Source: Dickeya solani IPO 2222 (GTDB lineage: Bacteria; Pseudomonadota; Gammaproteobacteria; Enterobacterales; Enterobacteriaceae). Taken from it: a stretch of 32,000 nucleotides of DNA. The notes beneath the pieces are model-generated. The model did no database searches. It saw only the letters and a program-made list of their open reading frames with translations, and was not told the origin of the DNA. Positions 27,078-32,000 of the stretch are shown one piece after another. The stretch's first letter is position 1; every line of letters starts with the position of its first letter. The stretch covers positions 750,001 to 782,000 of the forward strand of contig NZ_CP015137.1 in assembly GCF_001644705.1 (NCBI RefSeq). Direction: 5' to 3'. The position numbers were made by a program, and so were the translations under genes.

Positions 27078-28373
27078 TTAGCCCGCTTTGCTCAGCAGGA
27101 AATCGGCCAGCGTGCGCACGCCCAGCCCGGTTGCGCCGGCAGACCACTGCTCTACCGCCGATTTGCGGTAAGTGGCGGAGCAGTCAATATGCAACCAGCC
27201 TTGCTGATAGTTTTTCACAAAATGCGACAGGAACGCCGCCGCCGTACTGGCGCCTGCAGTGTGCGCCGCGCCGGCCACGTTGTTCAGCTCGGCGAAGTTG
27301 GACGGCAAATGCTGGCGATGGAATTCTTCCAGCGGCAGACGCCAGAACGGTTCGCCTTCACGGCGGGCGCTATCCATCAGCGAATCGATCATCGCGTCGT
27401 CGAAACTGAACAGCGCGTGATAATCATTGCCCAGCGCGGTTTTGGCGGCGCCGGTCAGCGTCGCGCAGTCAACAATCCACTGCGGGTTCTGCTCGCACGC
27501 GTCAATCAGGCCGTCAGCCAGCACCAGACGCCCTTCGGCATCGGTATTCATCACTTCGACGGTTTTACCGTTGCGATAGCGAATAATGTCGCCCAGGCGG
27601 AACGCATTGCCGCTCACCATGTTGTCGGCACAGCACAGGTACAGTTTCACGCGCTGCTTCAGGCCGCGAGCCGCCGCCAGCGCCAGCGCGCCGGTCACCG
27701 TCGCCGCACCGCCCATATCGGACTTCATGGAGTCCATGAAACTGCTGCCTTTCAGGCTGTAGCCGCCGGTATCAAAGGTGATGCCTTTACCAACCAGACA
27801 GGCCAGCACCGGCGCGTCTGCCTTGCCGGTCGGGTTATAATCCAGCGCCAGCAATACCGGTGAACGGTCGGAACCGCGCCCCACCGTGTGCAGGCCGGCG
27901 TAATTCTGCTCACGCAGGTCCTCGCCTTTGGTAATACGGTAAGAAATCGCTTCGCCCGCCACACTGCATAACAGGTCGATAGCGCGGGTCGCCAGCTGTT
28001 CCGGCCCCAGATCTTCCGCCGGCAGGTTGATGGTGTCACGCACCCAGTCAACGATCTTCAGACGACGATCCAGCTCTTGCTGCTGCGCGTCCGCCAGCGT
28101 GGGCCATGCCACCGCGCGCTTGCCCTTCGGACCACGGTACCCCTGCCAGAACACCCAGCTGCTTTCCAGATCCCAGCCTTCACCGGCCAGTTTGACCTGT
28201 TTAATGCCCTGCCCATCGATTTTGCGGGCCGCGCGCTGGATGATGGTCAGCGGCTTATCGCCGGACAGATGGATGGTAAATCCCTGCTCATTGGCGGTTA
28301 ACGAGGCTTTCTCACCCCAGCGTGCGTCCGCTGGCTGATGGGAAAGGGTAATCAGCATCGCTTCAGTTGTCAT
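27078..28373 (-). CDS. pepB: Aminopeptidase B (M17 family)
   Basis: 431 aa. Colinear with E. coli PepB ([23 protein letters not shown]..., [13 protein letters not shown]). Confidence 0.96.
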   Translation of the reverse strand: MTTEAMLITLSHQPADARWGEKASLTANEQGFTIHLSGDKPLTIIQRAARKIDGQGIKQVKLAGEGWDLESSWVFWQGYRGPKGKRAVAWPTLADAQQQELDRRLKIVDWVRDTINLPAEDLGPEQLATRAIDLLCSVAGEAISYRITKGEDLREQNYAGLHTVGRGSDRSPVLLALDYNPTGKADAPVLACLVGKGITFDTGGYSLKGSSFMDSMKSDMGGAATVTGALALAAARGLKQRVKLYLCCADNMVSGNAFRLGDIIRYRNGKTVEVMNTDAEGRLVLADGLIDACEQNPQWIVDCATLTGAAKTALGNDYHALFSFDDAMIDSLMDSARREGEPFWRLPLEEFHRQHLPSNFAELNNVAGAAHTAGASTAAAFLSHFVKNYQQGWLHIDCSATYRKSAVEQWSAGATGLGVRTLADFLLSKAG

Positions 28374-28423
28374 ACATCTACTCCAGATTAGGCTTGGTTA
28401 TCTCAGCCCATTATCGCCATGAT

Positions 28424-28460
28424 AAAAAAGAGAAAACGGGCCGCCTCCAGGCAGCCCGTT
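28424..28460 (-). terminator. Intrinsic terminator ending the isc-hsc-fdx-iscX operon
   Basis: Minus strand: AACGGGC...GCCCGTT stem followed by TTCTCTTTTTTATC, 12 nt after the iscX stop. Confidence 0.8.
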
Positions 28461-28471
28461 GACCAGTTCGG

Positions 28472-28672
28472 TTATTCGGCTTCGTCCAGCCACACCAGCA
28501 GGATCGCTTCCAGGATTTTTTCGTTGGAGGCTTCCGGTTCGTCGTCGAACTCATCCAGTTCGCAAATCCAGCGGTGCAAATCGGTAAAACGCACGGTTTT
28601 CGGATCGACATCAGGATAGAGGTCGTACAGCGCTTCGCCGATTTCACGGCTATCGGTCCACTTCAGTCCCAT
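28472..28672 (-). CDS. iscX: Fe-S cluster assembly protein IscX (YfhJ)
   Basis: 66 aa. [33 protein letters not shown] matches IscX. Confidence 0.95.
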   Translation of the reverse strand: MGLKWTDSREIGEALYDLYPDVDPKTVRFTDLHRWICELDEFDDEPEASNEKILEAILLVWLDEAE

Positions 28673-28683
28673 AAGTTACCCCG

Positions 28684-29019
28684 TCAGTGCTCACGTGCGT
28701 GGTTAATGGTATAGCGCGGAATTTCCACCACCAGATCGTCATCAGCGATGCGCGCCTGACAGCCCAGACGGCTTTCCGGCTCCAGTCCCCAGGCTTTATC
28801 CAGCATGTCATCTTCGTCTTCGGTGCTTTCCGCCAGCGAATCAAATCCTTCACGGACGATGCAGTGACAAGTGGTGCAGGCACAGGATTTTTCGCAAGCG
28901 TGCTCAATTTCAATGCCATTGCGCAACGCTACGTTCAGAATAGTTTCACCACTGCTCGCTTCCAGAACTGCCCCTTCCGGACACAAGTCCTGATGCGGCA
29001 GAAAAACAATCTTGGGCAT
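28684..29019 (-). CDS. fdx: [2Fe-2S] ferredoxin of the ISC system
   Basis: Start at ATG 29019 ([21 protein letters not shown]), 111 aa as in E. coli Fdx. CACTTCHC cluster ligands. Confidence 0.96.
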   Translation of the reverse strand: MPKIVFLPHQDLCPEGAVLEASSGETILNVALRNGIEIEHACEKSCACTTCHCIVREGFDSLAESTEDEDDMLDKAWGLEPESRLGCQARIADDDLVVEIPRYTINHAREH

Positions 29020-29020
29020 G

Positions 29021-30871
29021 TTATACCTCGTCCACGGAATGCCCCGCCAGCGCGCGGCGGATAGATTCATCCATCCGGCGGGCAGCGAATTCCTGGGTTC
29101 GTTGATCTACTGTTTTAATCGCGGCCTCAATGGCTGAGGCGTCGGTTTCCTGCGCGGCCTGTTGCAGTTGAAGACGAGCGGTGTCGATCGCGGCTCGCTC
29201 TTCGTCGTTCAGCAAGGCGGCATCCGTCGCCAGCGCGCTGTTGAGGCTTTCCAGCACTCGCGCCGCTTCCACACGCTGCTCGGCCAGCATACGCGCACTG
29301 ACGTCGCTCTGCGCGTTCTGCATAGAATCGGTAATCATGGTGGCGATCTCGTCGTCGCTCAGACCGTAGGACGGCTTCACCTGAATGGAGGCTTCCACCC
29401 CGGTGGATTTCTCCATCGCGGTCACACTCAGCAGCCCGTCGGCGTCCACCTGAAACGTCACCCGGATATGCGCGCCGCCGGCAGGCATCGGCGGGATGCC
29501 GCGCAGCGTGAAACGCCCCAGCGAACGGCAATCCTGCACCAGCTCGCGCTCGCCCTGCAACACATGGATCATCATCGCGGTCTGGCCGTCCTTGAACGTG
29601 GTGAATTCCTGCGCACGCGCCACCGGAATGGTGGTATTGCGCGGAATCACTTTTTCGACCAGCCCGCCCATGGTTTCCAGCCCCAGCGACAGCGGAATCA
29701 CGTCCAGCAGCAGCATGTCGCTGTCGGGTTTGTTGCCCACCAGAATATCGGCCTGAATTGCGGCGCCGATAGCCACCACTTTATCCGGGTCGATAGAGGT
29801 CAGCGGTGTGCGACCGAAGAATTCGCCTACCTGCTCACGCACCATCGGCACACGGGTGGAGCCGCCGACCATCACCACCTCTTTCACCTCATCCGCCTCA
29901 ATATCAGCGTCTTTCAGCGTGCGACGGCAGGACAACAGCGTGCGTTTCACCAGCGGTGCAATCAGCGCGTTGAACTGTTCACGGGTGATGTCGCCCTGCC
30001 AGCCCGCCACCGATACCGGCACGGTTTCCGCATCGCTCAGGGCAATCTTGGTCTGTACGGCGGTATTGAGCAGCACCTGCTGCAATTGATGATCGTCACG
30101 GGCCGTGATCCCGGCCTGCTCGCGAATCCACTCGACCAGCAGATGGTCGAAATCATCGCCGCCCAGCGCGGAGTCGCCGCCGGTGGCCAACACTTCAAAC
30201 ACGCCGCGGCTAAGGCGCAGAATAGAGATATCGAAGGTGCCGCCGCCCAGATCGTACACGGCGATCACGCCTTCCTGACCCGAGTCCAGCCCGTAGGCAA
30301 TCGCCGCCGCGGTAGGTTCGTTAAGCAACCGCAGCACATGCAGACCGGCCAGCCGGGCAGCGTCTTTGGTGCCCTGACGCTGGGCGTCGTCAAAATAGGC
30401 CGGCACGGTGATCACCACCCCGTCAGGCAGCCCATTCAGCGCCGCTTCGGCACGCTGGGTCAGCGCCGTCAGGATATCGGCAGACACCTGGATCGGGTTG
30501 CGCGGGCCAGCGGCGGTCTGCAGCACCGGCAGGCCGTTTTCACTGGCTTCAAACCGATAAGGCAAATGGGGATAACGCTGACGAATATCGGAGAGCGAGC
30601 GCCCCATCAGCCGCTTGACGGAACTGACGGTATTTACCGGGTCGAGAGCCGCCTGCTGGCGAGCTTCCCAACCAACGGTCAGCCCGTCGGCATGATAGTG
30701 GACGACAGACGGCAGCAGGTGGCGCCCATCATGATCGGCCAGTGTTTGCGTCTCGCCGCTACGGACGGTGGCAACCAGGGAATGGGTAGTCCCCAGATCA
30801 ATCCCGACGGCCAGACGATGCTGATGCGGCGCCGCACTCAGCCCCGGCTCACTGATTTGTAATAAGGCCAT
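29021..30871 (-). CDS. hscA: Fe-S cluster assembly Hsp70-type chaperone HscA
   Basis: 616 aa, same length as E. coli Hsc[12 protein letters not shown]-terminus and Hsp70 ATPase motifs. Confidence 0.97.
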   Translation of the reverse strand: MALLQISEPGLSAAPHQHRLAVGIDLGTTHSLVATVRSGETQTLADHDGRHLLPSVVHYHADGLTVGWEARQQAALDPVNTVSSVKRLMGRSLSDIRQRYPHLPYRFEASENGLPVLQTAAGPRNPIQVSADILTALTQRAEAALNGLPDGVVITVPAYFDDAQRQGTKDAARLAGLHVLRLLNEPTAAAIAYGLDSGQEGVIAVYDLGGGTFDISILRLSRGVFEVLATGGDSALGGDDFDHLLVEWIREQAGITARDDHQLQQVLLNTAVQTKIALSDAETVPVSVAGWQGDITREQFNALIAPLVKRTLLSCRRTLKDADIEADEVKEVVMVGGSTRVPMVREQVGEFFGRTPLTSIDPDKVVAIGAAIQADILVGNKPDSDMLLLDVIPLSLGLETMGGLVEKVIPRNTTIPVARAQEFTTFKDGQTAMMIHVLQGERELVQDCRSLGRFTLRGIPPMPAGGAHIRVTFQVDADGLLSVTAMEKSTGVEASIQVKPSYGLSDDEIATMITDSMQNAQSDVSARMLAEQRVEAARVLESLNSALATDAALLNDEERAAIDTARLQLQQAAQETDASAIEAAIKTVDQRTQEFAARRMDESIRRALAGHSVDEV

Positions 30872-30948
30872 ATTGAGCTTCCATCAATTGGCGGGCGGGC
30901 AACCGAGCGGCCATACGGCCAACGGCGTCCCGCCGGATTGAATGTTAC

Positions 30949-31467
30949 TTATCGTTCCAGCAATTGTTCTTCGAGTTGTTCAACCTGCTGCCGGAGCCGA
31001 TCAAAAAAGCGCAGTTTACGTACCGTATCCGCCGCATCCGGCCAGGATTCCTCATCCAGCTCGCGCTGCATCCGCTCGCTGCGCTGACGGGTCATCCCTT
31101 TCAGGCGCTGTGCGAATGCCGCCAGCGCGGTTTCTGCATCCGGACGACGTTCAATCTCGTCCAGCTCTTCGCGCAGTTCCATCTGCTCCATCAGGAATGC
31201 GGTGTCATGAAGCGTATGCTGCTCGTTGCTTAAATCAAAACCGTGCAAAGATAACATATACTCCGCGCGTTTCAGCGGATGTTTCAGCGCCTGATAGGCA
31301 TTATTGATGGTCGCCGCCTGCTGTAACGCCATCATGCGTTCACGTTCCGGGCTGGCGGCGAAGCGATCGGGATGAAACTGGCGCTGCAGTTCCTGAAACC
31401 GGGAAGCAAGCAGGCTGCCATCCACGTTATAGCGAATCGGCAGCCCGAATAAAGTAAAGTAATCCAT
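30949..31467 (-). CDS. hscB: Fe-S cluster co-chaperone HscB (J-domain)
   Basis: Start at ATG 31467 ([10 protein letters not shown]), 172 aa. HPD motif. Confidence 0.95.
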   Translation of the reverse strand: MDYFTLFGLPIRYNVDGSLLASRFQELQRQFHPDRFAASPERERMMALQQAATINNAYQALKHPLKRAEYMLSLHGFDLSNEQHTLHDTAFLMEQMELREELDEIERRPDAETALAAFAQRLKGMTRQRSERMQRELDEESWPDAADTVRKLRFFDRLRQQVEQLEEQLLER

Positions 31468-31564
31468 AGTGTGCTCTGAGTTCGCAGACAATCAATGCGC
31501 GCCCGCCGCTTTACATGCCGGAGCACACAAAGCGGCGGGAGTCGGTCAACAGGCCGACCGGCGG

Positions 31565-31888
31565 TCAGACATTAAAGCTTTCGCCACAACCGCACTCGCT
31601 GGAAACGTTAGGGTTATTGAATTTGAAGCCTTCGTTCAGCCCTTCCTTGACGAAATCCAGTTCGGTGCCATCAAGGTAGACCAGGCTTTTGCCATCAATA
31701 ATGACCTTCACGCCCTTGTCTTCAAACACCACATCATCGGTGTTCAGTTCATCAACAAATTCCAGCACATACGCCATACCGGAACAACCGGATGTTCTCA
31801 CACCCAGACGCAGGCCAACGCCTTTGCCACGATTGACCATAAAGGCATTAACACGTTGCGCAGCGCTGTCGCTCAGGGAAATCGACAT
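31565..31888 (-). CDS. iscA: Iron-sulfur cluster insertion/A-type carrier protein IscA
   Basis: 107 aa. C-terminal CGCGESF motif. Confidence 0.96.
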   Translation of the reverse strand: MSISLSDSAAQRVNAFMVNRGKGVGLRLGVRTSGCSGMAYVLEFVDELNTDDVVFEDKGVKVIIDGKSLVYLDGTELDFVKEGLNEGFKFNNPNVSSECGCGESFNV

Positions 31889-31913
31889 AGCAAACCTCTA
31901 ATTCATCTGCCCG

Positions 31914-32000
31914 TTATTTGTCGCCGCGTTTGCTCTTGTAATCGGCGATGGCGGCCTTGATGGCGTCTTCAGCCAAAATCGAGCAGTGGATTTTCACCGG
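31914..32000 (-). CDS. iscU: Fe-S cluster scaffold IscU, C-terminal 28 codons (truncated by window end)
   Basis: Hand translation of the minus strand: PVKIHCSILAEDAIKAAIADYKSKRGDK*, the conserved IscU C-terminus including the third cluster Cys. Confidence 0.85.
   Translation of the reverse strand, partial: PVKIHCSILAEDAIKAAIADYKSKRGDK

Noticed and set aside
15003-28338. Other long antisense or alternate-frame ORFs inside core genes (for example 15003..15812, 17104..17832, 19008..19619, 19789..20955, 21577..22035, 22966..23934, 24233..24865, 24963..25613, 26365..27409, 27066..27863, 28027..28338)
   Set aside because: Each lies wholly within or opposite a confidently identified gene. Each shows antisense-type composition and lacks start-site signals.
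29162-30862. 566-aa ORF antisense to hscA
   Set aside because: This is the same codon-aligned antisense artefact. Long antisense frames in Hsp70-family genes are a known source of false annotations. hscA itself is unambiguous.

Overview
Enterobacterales chromosome segment. Hand counts on sample lines put core genes near 60% G+C. It looks Serratia- or Dickeya-like, but I cannot resolve the genus by eye.

Core block (8.5-32 kb): colinear with the E. coli K-12 b2507-b2529 block as I recall it. The order is guaA-guaB (minus), xseA (plus), yfgJ-der-bamB-yfgM-hisS-ispG-rodZ-rlmN-ndk (minus), sseA (plus), sseB-pepB and iscX-fdx-hscA-hscB-iscA-iscU (minus; iscU is truncated by the window end).

Deviations from that order:
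- An M4 protealysin-type metalloprotease and an overlapping small inhibitor-like gene lie between xseA and yfgJ.
- A TPR lipoprotein (pilW/pilF-like) lies between rlmN and rodZ.
- pbpC-yfhM are absent between ndk and sseA, where a 127-bp ERIC repeat sits.
- The sseA-sseB gap is too short for ryfA.

Accessory region (first 8.5 kb): a mosaic containing
- a MarR-GNAT fusion gene;
- a low-GC secreted alginate-lyase-fold protein with a beta-trefoil-like tail;
- a GC-rich orphan fragment, an 18-bp tandem repeat and a second ERIC copy;
- a very AT-rich AT3 O-acyltransferase gene;
- a solitary Tn21-type 38-bp terminal inverted repeat;
- a TetR-controlled module: an unannotated 39-codon signal-peptide/His-rich ORF, a CPYC thioredoxin-reductase-like flavoprotein and an ABM monooxygenase;
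- about 690 bp with no credible gene.

No rRNA, tRNA or CRISPR array was seen. I found no clear-cut new multi-gene system. The best candidates for a second look are the micro-ORF/flavoprotein/ABM/TetR module, the lyase plus acyltransferase island, and the protease-inhibitor pair. Many long ORFs in the track are codon-aligned antisense artefacts of GC-rich genes.
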